From positions 253,642,001 through 253,706,000 of the forward strand of contig OZ024740.1 in NCBI GenBank assembly GCA_964016885.1: 64,000 nt of DNA. Direction: 5' to 3'. Shown here one piece after another: positions 24,739 to 38,439 of the stretch. The DNA is from Eledone cirrhosa. Its lineage: Eukaryota. Position 1 is the stretch's first letter. Each line of letters opens with the position of its first letter. The position numbers and the translations under genes were made by a program. The notes below the pieces were generated by a model, which worked only from the letters and a program-made list of their open reading frames with translations, had not been told where the DNA came from and made no database searches.

Positions 24739-25965
24739 ATATTTATATATATACATATATATATATATACATATATACATATATATACATATATTTTCAT
24801 ATATTTATATACATATATATATATACATATATTTTCATATATTTATATACATATATATATATACATATATATTCATATATTTATATACATATATACATAT
24901 ATATATATATACATATATATATATACATATACATATATATACATATATATATATAGATATATATATATACATATATATATATATACATATATACATATAT
25001 ATATACATACATGTATATATAGATAAACATATAAATATACATACATATATTTATACATATATATATATATATACATATATATATATGCATATATACATAT
25101 ATATACATATATTTATATACATATATATATACATACATATATATACATATATTTATATACATATATATATATACATATACAAATATTTATATACATATAT
25201 ATATATATATACAAATATTTATATACATCTATATATATACATATATATATATACATATATACATATATATATACAAATATACATATATATACATATATTT
25301 ATATACATATATACATATATACATATATATATACAAATATACATATATATACATATATTTATATACATATATACATATATACATATATTTATATACATAT
25401 ATATACATATATTTATATACATATATATATATACATATATTATATACATATATTTATATACATATATTTATATACATATATTTATATACATATATTTATA
25501 TACATATATATACATATATTTATATAAATATATATATATACATATATATACATATATTTATATAAATATATATATATACATATATATACATATATTTATA
25601 TAAATATATATATATACATATATATATACATATATATATACATATATACATATATATATATATACATATATACATATATATATATACATATATATATACA
25701 TATATACATATATATATATACATATATATATACATATATACATATATATATATACATATATATATATACATATATATATATACATATATATATATACATA
25801 TATATATATACATATATATATATACATATATATATATACATATATATATATACATATATATATATACATATATATATATACATATATATATACATATATA
25901 TATATATACATATATATATACATATATATATATACATATATATATATATACATATACATATATAC

Positions 25966-26010
<45 letters not shown>

Positions 26011-26446
26011 CATATATATATACATATATATATATACATATATATATACATATATATATATACATATATATATATACATATATATATACATATATATATA
26101 TACATATATATATACATATATATATATACATATATATATATACATATATTTATATATATACATATATATAAATATACATATATTTATATATATACATATA
26201 TATATACATATATATATATACATATATATATATACATATATATATATATACATATATTTATATATACATATATATATATACATATATTTATATATATACA
26301 TATATTTATATATATACATATACATATATATATATACATATATTTATATACATATATATATACATATATTTATATATATACATTTTTATATATATATATA
26401 TACATATATACATATATATATATACATATATTTATATACATATATT

Positions 26447-26518
<72 letters not shown>

Positions 26519-26596
26519 GACATATATTTATATATTTATATATATACATATATATATATACATATATTTATATATATACATATATTTATATATATT
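24739..26596. repeat. Degenerate (TA)n array (~1.9 kb)
   Basis: TA with TACA/TTTA variants. Confidence 0.97.
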
Positions 26597-28632
26597 AAGA
26601 AAGTAAAACAAAGAAGCCTTCAATACATCAAAAGTCTTTATTAGCCGACAATGTTTCGTCCTATTAAGGACTCATCAGGGCAATTAAAACAACAAGAAGT
26701 ATTATCGGCCAATACAAGCCGGAAACTCCGAAGAATATGGAGTGTACATACACTAAAGTATTGCAAGATTATGGGTAAAAATATATAATAAAAATAATAA
26801 ATATATATAATAAAAATTACTAAGGAGGTGTATAACATTAAGAACCATATTACAAATATAGTCCAAAGCAAAAAAACCCTAGAGCTAAACAAAGGTGGTT
26901 ATATAGAGCAGGAATTATATATAATACAATGTAATATAATATAATATACCTTTACCAATATTAAAATTAAAAGGTACAATATACATATGTATATATATAC
27001 GCACACATACACATACATCAATACACATATCCATCTTCAACTGCACAAATTAAACCTTATTAAGAGTTTAAATATAAAAATAAGCATGATAGGAATGAAA
27101 ATAATAATAATAATAATAATAATACATATACCCAATATACATGAGGTAATAATATGATATTATTATAAGTAGCACATATAATAAATAATAAACTATACAA
27201 TTATATACTATATAATATAATAGAATAGAATAGATAATCTCCAGTTAATTTACACAAACAATATAGATGTCGCAATAATACTATAATAATAATATACTAA
27301 CATTTATAATATACAATATATAATGGCATTCAAGTTAACATATCAATTCATATAGAGTTACAGAGTAGGTGAGGAAAAATAAATTGTACAATACCCAAAA
27401 ATTATGATGGTACAAAAAAAATATAAACATCCTACATGATATATAAAGTTTAACATATCATAATGTTACATATAATTAACGGTAAGTAATAAGGATCGAT
27501 ATTACAATAACAAATACAATATAATGTAATATATTATATAAAATAATTAACATAATATAATATATAATTACTTATAATTACAAGGTTGGTAAACAGACAT
27601 GTATATGGATGAGTGAGTAAGTGCCAGACAGTAAATATAATGCACAGTAGTATTACAAATAAAATATAAAATATAAAATATAGAATAAAATAAATAAATA
27701 GAATCAACCGGAAATTAAAAAACAAAAACAAAAGTATACATTTAGGTCTCACATGCAGTTATGTAAAATCTAAGGAAATAACCCCGGTAAATGACTCGAA
27801 AACCCTATTTGATAAATTAATATTAAAAATATTTAAAATATCCAATAAGGCAGTATAATATTAGCTATAGTTCAAGTAATTAAAGTTTATAAACGTTAAT
27901 ATTTCGTTACAAATGTTTACAAAAAGGAATGAAATTTTTTACTATCATATACATAACGATATCTAAAAAACTGACTTAAGCAGAATTATGATAGGGACAG
28001 AAATGGAGAAATATATGGAGGATACAAAATCATAGTCAATATACTATATTAAATAATAGAAAGGAGCGTAAAAGAGGGGGGGGGGATTAAATATAATCAT
28101 AGTCTATTTGGAGGGGTTGACAATAAGTTTATGTGCGCATGGGGGGGGGGGGATTATCCAAAGAAGATTCCGAATAAAAATAAAAATAAAATAAAATAAA
28201 ATAAAATAAAATAAAATAAAATGAAATAAAATATATAATCAGATATATATTCATAAGGTGTTAATAGGGAAAATTTAATGCGTAAGAAGATAGATATGGT
28301 ATAGTAGCCAAAAGATTATGAGAGCTAGAATAAAGAGTCGTTAAAAACCAATGATAATAATGATGATAATAATGGTGGTAAACAAAAGAACCTAAACTAA
28401 AAAATAAGTAATGGAATATATCAGCTAATGGATACAATTTGTACTACTAGAACGTTTAGGTTTATAATAAAAGTATGAATTAGAAATAGCATGGGGGCAA
28501 GAAGAGAATATCTCAGACTTTCTATTAAGTAAGGATTCGCTAGAGAAAATTATAGAGTGTCTCGAGGATACAGAGATTACAAAATTTAGTATGTGTAGAA
28601 AGGTGATTAGAGCGTGCTACTAAACGTGCTAC
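26597..28632 (-). mobile_element. PLE 3' remnant: endonuclease C-terminus, ~1.85 kb 3' UTR and HHR
   Basis: Minus strand 28490-28620 reads FCNLCILE / LLNRKSEIFSSCPH (frameshifted), homologous to the C-terminus of ORF 7935-9365. Confidence 0.75.
26641..26684 (-). ncRNA. Canonical type I hammerhead ribozyme
   Basis: gcc-CTGATGA-gtcc ttaata ggac-GAAAC-att-GTC-ggc. Confidence 0.88.
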
Positions 28633-28919
28633 ATATATATATATATAAATATATTTATATATATACACATATATATATACATATATTTATATATATACAT
28701 ATATATATATATATATACATTTATTTATATATATACATATATATACATATATTTATATATATACATATATTTATATATATACATATATTTATATATATAC
28801 ATATATTTATATATATACATATATTTATATATATACATATATTTATATATATACATATATTTATATATATACATATATATTCATATATTTATATATATAC
28901 ATATATATACATATATTTA

Positions 28920-29080
28920 TCATCATCATCATCAACGTTTAACGTCCGTGTTCCACGCTTGCATGGGTTTGGACGGGGGTTTCCCACTTGAGTCAAGAGT
29001 GATTATCTTGCTCGCATAGGACTATCTGGCGGGCTTTCTACAGCTAGATGCCCTTCCTAACACCAACCACATTTACAGTG
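28920..29080 (-). mobile_element. RTE family A 3'-terminal fragment
   Basis: (CAT)n-AACGTTTAACGTCCGTGTTCCACGC, collinear with 3505-3668. Confidence 0.9.
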
Positions 29081-29227
29081 ATATACATATATATATATAC
29101 ATATATTTATATATATAAATATATTTATATATATACATATATATACATATATTTATATATATACATATATATATATATATATACATATATTTATATATAT
29201 ACATATATTTATATATATACATATATT

Positions 29228-29281
<54 letters not shown>

Positions 29282-29303
29282 CATATATATATTTACATAT
29301 ATT

Positions 29304-29337
<34 letters not shown>

Positions 29338-29345
29338 CATATATA

Positions 29346-30195
29346 TTAGAAAGTGAGGTTTTTTTTACAAAATGAAAAATAACCGAGGTGTCCTACACGA
29401 GTGAAAGTATAAAGAAAAAGAGATGAAATCGAAAATGCAACTGGAGTCTTATTTTTAAAAAAAATATATATATTTATTTGGTTCCTTTACCGGTTTCGCA
29501 GTTCTTCTGCTTTTCAAAAGGTGAGTTGAGATGGAGGGTCTGTGGTTTTTCTCACATCTGGTTGGTCTCTGAATGTTACTTGTTTTATATGGAAAAAGTG
29601 GCTCGAAATGCCAGGTTTTTCGAGAAGTAATTTGATTGGTTTGTCAATAATTATAATAAATTTCGCGCCAGTTCGCGTTACAATAGTTCTTCAAATAAGA
29701 GAGGGGGAGGGGGGGGTTGTCACAGGTTGTTTTTTCATATATGAGTGTTTGAATTTCTTTTTACTTGAAAAAAGGAGGCTCACGAAGGCTTTTTTTTGAA
29801 AAAAAAAAAAAAGCCTTCGTGAGCCTCCTTTTTTCAAGTAAAAAGAAATTCAAACACTCATATATGAAAAAACAACCTGTGACAACCCCCCCCTCCCCCT
29901 CTCTTATTTGAAGAACTATTGTAACGCGAACTGGCGCGAAATTTATTATAATTATTGACAAACCAATCAAATTACTTCTCGAAAAACCTGGCATTTCGAG
30001 CCACTTTTTCCATATAAAACAAGTAACATTCAGAGACCAACCAGATGTGAGAAAAACCACAGACCCTCCATCTCAACTCACCTTTTGAAAAGCAGAAGAA
30101 CTGCGAAACCGGTAAAGGAACCAAATAAATATATATATTTTTTTTTAAAATAAGACTCCAGTTGCATTTTCGATTTCATCTCTTTTTCTTTATAC
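29346..30195. repeat. Palindromic PLE-type pLTR (391-bp arms, ~7-nt spacer); HHR-like motifs at 29484-29521 (-) and 30081-30118 (+)
   Basis: 29407-29797 is the reverse complement of 29805-30195; cctt-TTGAAAA-gcag aagaa ctgc-GAAA-ccgg-TA-aagg. Confidence 0.88.
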
Positions 30196-30242
<47 letters not shown>

Positions 30243-30393
30243 TATATATATATATACATATATTTATATATATACATATATATATATATACATATATATA
30301 TATACATATATTTATATATATACACATAAATATATATATATATACATATATATATACACATAAATATATATATACATATATTTATATATATAC

Positions 30394-30428
<35 letters not shown>

Positions 30429-30429
30429 C

Positions 30430-33400
30430 TAAGGTATCTTAGTTCCTATGACGTCACTATTGTTAATACTACTGCTGCTTTAACTTCGGATATTTACCAT
30501 GCGGTATTCTAATTCTATCGTATCTCTCTCAGTTATTTACCATGCGGCCCTCAGTGCCACCTCACAATTTCCCTCCCACCCACCCCCACGCACCACCATA
30601 GCCTATTCGACCAATCAAACCTCAGCATGCCATTTCCGCTGCTGCTGCTGCTACTACCTACCTAACTAACTCTCTCCTCCTCTGGTGCAGCCCAACACAC
30701 CCTGCCATTACCCCACCACCACTGTTCTTCTAGCCCTCAATTTTCCTACCGTTATGGATGGATGAGCTGAGAATACATTTGAGCAACTCTGAATCAATAG
30801 ATGAAATATGAATCTGCGAGCTACCAAGCACCCACGTGAAGCGCCAACCCAGAGACCCTCCCCTACCAGTGTCGACAAATGCCCAAAGCTCCGAGTTGGT
30901 ACCATCAATGTAGGCTCAATGAAAGGAAGAGCAGGAGAAATCGTAGAAATGCTAGAGCGAAAGGAAGTTGATGTATGCTGTGTGCAAGAGACTAGATGGA
31001 GAGGAGAGTCTGCTAGAGTCCTTGTAGGAAAAAGTCAGTGCTAGAAATTTTTCTGGGTGGGAAATGACGATGGGATGGGTGGTGTAGGTATACTATTAGC
31101 TGACAAGTGGGTAGATAAAGTAATCTCAGTGTACAGGGTAAATGCAAGAATCATTAAACTCAGACTAGTCCTGAATAAGACAATTACCACAATAATATCA
31201 GCTTACGCACCCCAATCGGGGCTGCCAGACGAACTTAAGGATAGGTTTTACGAGTCCCTAATACACACTACTGCTCTAACAGACGACAAGGACTTCCTAA
31301 TCATCGCAGGAGATTTTAACGGACACGTAGGTAAACACTGCGACGGCATCAATAGAGTACATGGAGGCCATGGAGTTGGCACAAGGAATGAGGAAGGATT
31401 CAGACTTCTAGAATTCTGCGACACCAATGACATGTCGATATGTAACACAAACTTTAAAAAACCCGACAACCACCTGATCACCTATAGATCAGGGGAGCAC
31501 TCTAGTCAGTTAGATTTTATCCTCATCAGAGGACGTGACAGATGGACGGTCGTAAACACAAAAGCCTTCCCTAGTGAGGAATGTACATCCCAACATAGCT
31601 TAGTTGTCAGCGACCTCACGGTCAGAACTAAACGAGCCCTGAAACAGAGGCCAATCTGGAGAAGAAAGATTTGGAAGCTGAAAGTCCCCTCAACCAGTAA
31701 CAGATTTAAAGATATTTTACTCAACGCCTACGACAGTAAAGAAGAACAGATAGAGACATTTAATGTAGAAGAGAACTGGGAGTTCCTAAAAAATAATTTA
31801 CTAGAGGCGACGGACGGACCTCAAGCAGGAGGAGAGTGACTTGGTGGTGGAACAATAAGGTAGATGAAGCAGTCAAGGCCAAGAGACAGGCATGGAAAGA
31901 ATGGAAGAACGGGGGGAGCAGGGTACATTACATAGAGACCAAGAGGGAAGCTAGGCGACAAGTATACTTAGCTAGGAGGGAAGCAGAGGATAGAAAATTC
32001 AAGCATGTTTTACAACGTGAGGACCAGAAGCAGGAGGTATTCAAGATTGCGAGGCAGTGTGTCAGAGATAGTTGTGATGTCATTGGAGAGAAGTGTATCC
32101 GGAATGATAATGGTGAGCTTGCCCTCACAAGTGCTGAGAAGAAAGATGCATGGAAGAGTCATTATGATAGATTACTAAATGAGGAGAATGCATGGGAAGA
32201 AGAGACCCTACCCCAAGTAGACCCTATAGAGGGACCAGCAGTACAAGTCAGCGGCAGCGTAGTAAGTAAGGCAATCAGAGATATGGAGATGGGGAAGGCA
32301 ACCGGTCCATCGGGTATAGCTGCCGAGATGCTGAAGGCATCTGGGTCTGTAGGTCACACTATAACCACACGTATCGTTAACCAGGTAATACTAGAAGGGG
32401 CCATACCAAAAGATTGGTGCAGTAGCATCATTGTCAACTGCTACAAAGGCAAAGGCGACGCACTAGATAAAGGAAACTATAGAGGTATAAAGTTGATGGA
32501 CCAGGTCATGAAAGTAACAGAAAGAGTTATAGCACAGCTGATTAGGGACCGAGTGAATATAGACGAGATGCAATTTGGGTTTGTACCAGGAAGAGGCACC
32601 ACTGATGCCCTCTTCCTTGTGAGGCAATTACTGGAAAAGTACCTAGCTAAAAGTAAGCCACTCTACTTGGCATTTGTCGACCTTGAGAAAGCCTTTGACA
32701 GAGTTCCACGTGCTGTAATCTGGTGGGCTCTTAGAAAACTAGGAGTAGATGAATGGCTTGTGAAAGCGGTACAAGCCATGTATAGGGGAGCAGTCAGCAA
32801 AGTTAGGATTAGCAATGAGTATAGCGAGGAATTTAGCGTACAGGTTGGGGTCCACCACGGCTGTTCTTAGCCCTCTCCTGTTCATCATAGTCGTGCAGGC
32901 AATAACGGAGGAATTTAAGACCGGATGCCCATGGGAACTCCTGTATGCTGATGACCTCACACTCATAGCTGAATCTATGATAGAACTAGAGAATAAATTC
33001 CAAACCTGGAAGCAGGGACTAGAGAGAAAGGGTCTCAAAGTCAACATGACAAAGACTAAGGTCCTTGTAAGTAGACAAGAAAACAGAACCTAGATCCCCT
33101 CAGGGAAATGGCCTTGCTCAGTATGTAGGAAAGGTGTAGGTAGGAACTCCATTCTCTGCCCCAAATGCAAACAATGGGTACACAAGAGATGTAGCGGGAT
33201 CTCAGGAAGCTTAATTAAGAATGTAGGATTCACATGCAGCAGCTGTGGTGAAACAGCAAGCAGCACACAGGAAACAAGTACCACCAATCTCTGGGAGGGC
33301 CCTGTAGAAACAGTAGACAGCTTCTGCTACCTAGGTGACCGAATTAGCAACGGAGGTGGGTGTTCAGAAAGTACAATAACTAGGGTAAGAACGGGATGGA

Positions 33401-34208
33401 AGAAGTTTAGGGAACTACTACCACTGCTAGCTGCAAAAGGCTTCTCCCTCAGAATGAAAGGCAGACTGTATGATGCGTGTATCCGAACAGCAATGTTGCA
33501 TGGTAGTGAGACCTGGGCGCTGAAGGTGGAAGACTTACGTAGATTAGAGAGAAACGAAGCCTGCATGCTCCGATGGATGTGTAACAGTAATATACGTGAA
33601 CGACAAAGCATAAATGAATTGAGAGAGAGACTGAGCATAAGAGGAATCAAATGCTGTGTGCAGGAGAAGTGGTTGCGCTGGTATGGACATGTGATGCATA
33701 TGAAGGATGACAGCTGCATAAAAAGGTGCAGAGCACTAGAAGTTGATGGAAACCGCGGAGTGGGGAGACCCAAGATGACCTGGGATGAGGTGATAAAAGC
33801 CGACCTTACCCAATTACACCTCTCAAAGACAATGACACACGACCGTGACTTCTGGCGTCACGCAGTAATACAGAGTACCCGACCTCCCATGGGTACATGC
33901 TGAAGCATATAAACAATATGCCCCCACACCCCCCACCGCAAGGTGGTCGTGGAGGTGCCACGGCAAAAAAGCACCCAGCCCACACTGTAAAGTGGACGTG
34001 TAGGCGCCACAAAAAAGCACCCAGCACTCACTGTAAATGAGGTTGGTGTTAGGAAGGGCATCCAGCTGTAGAAATCAAGCCAGATCAGTTCCTGTATGAG
34101 CAAGGCATGGTCAGCCGACCAGACACTGCACACAACAGGACAACCCGTCTAACCCATGCTAGCATGGAAGAACGGACGTAAAACGGTGATGATGATGATG
34201 ATGATGAT
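30430..34208 (+). mobile_element. Near full-length RTE LINE (family B), decayed, (GAT)n tail
   Basis: ORFs 30808-31044, 31057-31839, 31836-32870, 32815-33093 and 33454-33903 carry APE/RT motifs broken by stops and frameshifts; clearly diverged from family A. Confidence 0.94.
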
Positions 34209-34297
34209 ATACATATATTTATATATATACATATATATATATATATACATATATTTATATATATATATACACATATATTTATATATATACATATATT

Positions 34298-34349
<52 letters not shown>

Positions 34350-34384
34350 TACATATATACATATATATATATACATATATTTAT

Positions 34385-36217
34385 AAGTTTTGCGAGGTTT
34401 TTTATATGAAATCGTGTGTCGAAACAAATATTGTTATACTTGGGGAGGGTCATATTTGTGTAATATTGCCAGAATTAATAACAGAACACACTCACTGTTT
34501 GGTTGGTTTTCGCTTCTCGTTTCTGTGTCTTTTATATCGGTAATCTAACTTACTCGGTCCTCAATGTTGCCATTGACTGACTGACGGTCAAAAATAATAC
34601 AGATACAATATAGACACAAACACATATATATAGTTTATCATAAATCTTTCGTTGCACATCTGCAACATCGTCAGTGGTGTTATCGTTTCCTCCTGTTGTA
34701 TTGTATGTCTACGCCATTTTTATTCAGTCTGTCTATATATTTATTTATTTATTTGCTTGTTTGTTTATTTTATTTTGTCTTCTTTGCGCATGCGTTTGCG
34801 TGTGTGTATAGTGTTTTGTTTGCTGTGATGGCCTCTCTGATTTGCCTATCTGCTGGGTCATTTCTATGTTTAGATATTATTCTAATTTCTATGTTGTCTA
34901 TGTCACCGTCATGTTGTTGTCTAGCATGTTCGTATAGTACTGACCCGTTTTTTCGTCCTTTTAGTTCACCCCAGTGTTGGTCTATCCTTTCACCTATGCT
35001 ACGAGCTGTCTCACCTATGTATGTTGTTGTCATGTTTCTGCAAGTACCCTCTGTACATCTTATGCTATAGACTACGTTTCTAGTTTTACAGTTTATCTAG
35101 ATAGGGCTAGACATAAGATAGGGAAAGCCACCTCATGGTACAACAACCAGAGATACCAGAGTGTCATGTTTGTGGACGCTACCCCAGGAGGGAAATTAGC
35201 TAACCAGTGTAGAAAGGCCTGAGAAAGACCCACTTAAAAATTAAGGTGGTAGAAAAGCCAGGAACCACCATGAAATCCGTGATCAGCAAAACCTGCCCTT
35301 TTAAGAAAACCCACTGTACCAATAGGAAATGTATCATATGTAAGGTAAACCCCCGGATAAACTGTAAAACTAGAAACGTAGTCTATAGCATAAGATGTAC
35401 AGAGGGTACTTGCAGAAACATGACAACAACATACATAGGTGAGACAGCTCGTAGCATAGGTGAAAGGATAGACCAACACTGGGGGGAACTAAAGGGATGA
35501 AAAAACGGGTCAGTACTATACGAACATGCTAGACAACAACATGACGGTAACATAGACAACATAGAAATTAGAATAATATCTAAACATAGAAATGACCCAG
35601 CAGATAGGCAAATCAGAGAGGCCAGTGAAATAGAAATTAGAAGACCAAGACTAAACAGAAAGAATGAATGGAATAACAACAACACCCAAACAAACAACAC
35701 TGACCTAAGAGAAGTATAAATAAGTAAATAAAATAAAATAAATTAATAAATAAATAAATAAATAAATACATACACAAGCACAATAACAAAAAGCACATAA
35801 ACACACACTAGTCACCCATCACACAGCAAACAAAACACTATACACACACGCAAACGCATGCGCAAAGAAGACAAAATAAAATAAACAAACAAGCAAATAA
35901 ATAAATAAATATATAGACAGACTGAATAAAAATGGCGTAGACATACAATACAACAGGAGGAAACGATAACACCACTGACGATGTTGCAGATGTGCAACGA
36001 AAGATTTATGATAAACTATATATATGTGTTTGTGTCTATATTGTATCTGTATTATTTTTGATCGTCGGTCAGTCAATGGCAACATTCAGGATCGAGTAAC
36101 TTAGATTACCGATATAAAAGACACAGAAGCGAGAAGCGAAAACCAACCAAACAGTGAGTGTGTTCTGTTATTAATTCTGGCAATATTACACAAATATGAC
36201 CCTCCCCAAGTATAACC
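34385..36217 (+). mobile_element. 5'-truncated PLE with inverted 5' arm; GIY-YIG remnant; HHRs at 35971-36012 (+) and 34637-34678 (-)
   Basis: SVMFVDATPGG, CTNRKCIIC, NVVYSIRC, YIGETARSIGERIDQH; 34435-35095 is the reverse complement of the downstream part. Confidence 0.9.
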
Positions 36218-36560
36218 ATATATTTATATATATACATATATATATTTATATATATACATATATATATATACATATATTTATATATATACATATATATATA
36301 TACATATATTTATATATATACATATATATATATACATATATTTATATATATACATATATATATATACATATATTTATATATATACATATATACATATATA
36401 TATATATATACATATAAATATACATATATATATAAATATACATAAATATATACATATATATATAAATATACATATATATATACATATATATATAAATATA
36501 CATATATATATACATATATATATAAATATACATATGTATATACATATATATATATACATA

Positions 36561-36802
36561 TGTCAACTCTGGATGTCGGTGAGCATGTCCAGCCAACCTC
36601 AGTCTCCTCTGTGTCACTTTTGAGCTGACTTTTGGACACTAGAAGAGGAAGACCAAGGTTAACATATGTTGATGCCCTAAGGACAGACACTGGTCTGTTG
36701 GAGATGCAGGATATGGCAGCGATAATGAGGGACAGAGACCGCTGGAGAGAACTCGTCCATGGATCTCGGGAATTTTACCCGCCTTAGATAGATAGATAGA
36801 TA
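36561..36802 (+). mobile_element. 3' end of a third RTE-like LINE with 5' inversion and (TAGA)n tail
   Basis: Plus strand [13 protein letters not shown]...DRDRWRELV; minus strand 36561-36617 [16 protein letters not shown]. Confidence 0.75.
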
Positions 36803-36845
36803 TATACATATATACATATATATATATACATATATATATATGTGT

Positions 36846-37503
36846 GAATGAAGTAATTCCGTCGGAAAAGTCCAGGAAAAAAGAGTGCTCTATGTAAGCA
36901 ACAGAGCTTAATTATTATTATGTAATAAACAACATAAGGCAATTATTCCATTTACCAGTGGTTTCTTAAAAGCAAAAGGTTTTGCTTTCAATCCTCAGAA
37001 CGAAAAAATCCTGGTTTGTTTATTGAATTTGGATCTTAAAAACAAAAAAAGCAAGCTATATGAAAGTGAGGCTGGAGAAAGAAGGAAAGGAAAAAATAAA
37101 AACAAAATAAGACTACCCATACAACCACACATACACGAAAAAACACACACACACGCGCGCATGTGTATGCGCGCACGCACGCACGCGTATACAAATATAA
37201 ATATATTTCTCCCATACACATGTGTGTGCGTGCATGCGCATGTGTGTGTGTACGTTTGTATTTATGTAATTATATGTGTGCTTATGTATGCATATATGTG
37301 TGTGTGTGCATATAGTTGTATACACATGTGTGTGTGTGTATAGATTGTACACTTGTGCGTGGTTATGCATGTATGCGTATGTATGCGGTTATGTATTTGT
37401 ATTTGAAAAATTTTTTTTATGTGAGATAGTGTGAATGCGTTGACTATTTCATGCGTATGTATATGTGCTTTTTTGTGTGTGTGTGTATATATGCATGTGT
37501 GTA

Positions 37504-37544
<41 letters not shown>

Positions 37545-37974
37545 GTATGCGTGTGTGTGTGTGTAGATATGTTTGTGTGTGTGTGTGTATGAATGTTTGT
37601 ATATGTCTGTTCTTAGAGGAACAAAGGCAGACAGATTTCTGTATTCAGATTGGAGCCAATCCTTATCATTAGCTTGCGCTTTAGCTTACAGGTGTCTGTA
37701 AGATCAGTATGGGGTCAGTCATTGTAGATAGTTTTGGAGGAAGGGGAGATTCCTTAAAAGCTAAATTCTTAAAGGTTCTAGTATATTGACGAAGGTTTAG
37801 GGAATTCTGTGGACAATTTCTAAGTATAATCTATACAACTGTAGCCATAAATTCACGAGACACTTTCAACAGAACATACCCTGCGCGTATGCGCGCATGC
37901 ACGCACACACGTGTATGGGAGAAATATATTTATATTTGTATACGCGTGCGTGCATGCGCACATACACATGCGCG

Positions 37975-38009
<35 letters not shown>

Positions 38010-38225
38010 TTGTATGGGTAGTCTTATTTTGTTTTTATTTTTTCCATTCCTTCTTCCTTCTCCAGCCTCACTTTCATATAGCTTGCTTTTTTTGTTTTTA
38101 AGATCCAAATTCAATAAACAAACCAGGATTTTTTCGTTCTGAGGATTGAAAGCAAAACCTTTTGCTTTTAAGAAACCACTGGTAAATGGAATAATTGCCT
38201 TATGTTGTTTATTACATAATAATAC
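36846..38225. mobile_element. Inverted-repeat PLE-type pLTR pair; HHRs at 36946-37004 (-) and 38133-38191 (+)
   Basis: 36913-37240 is the reverse complement of 37890-38225; cgtt-CTGAGGA-ttgaaagcaaaa cc ttttgcttttaa-GAAA-cc act gg-TA-aatg. Confidence 0.82.
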
Positions 38226-38260
38226 ATATATATATATACATATATATATACATATATATC

Positions 38261-38304
<44 letters not shown>

Positions 38305-38352
38305 TTTATATATATACATATATTTATATATATACATATATACATATACATA

Positions 38353-38390
<38 letters not shown>

Positions 38391-38439
38391 TTTATATATA
38401 TACATATATTTATATATATACATATATTTACATATATGG

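Noticed and set aside
29542-30060. Two identical 85/99-aa ORFs on opposite strands
   Set aside because: A by-product of the palindrome; no recognisable domain
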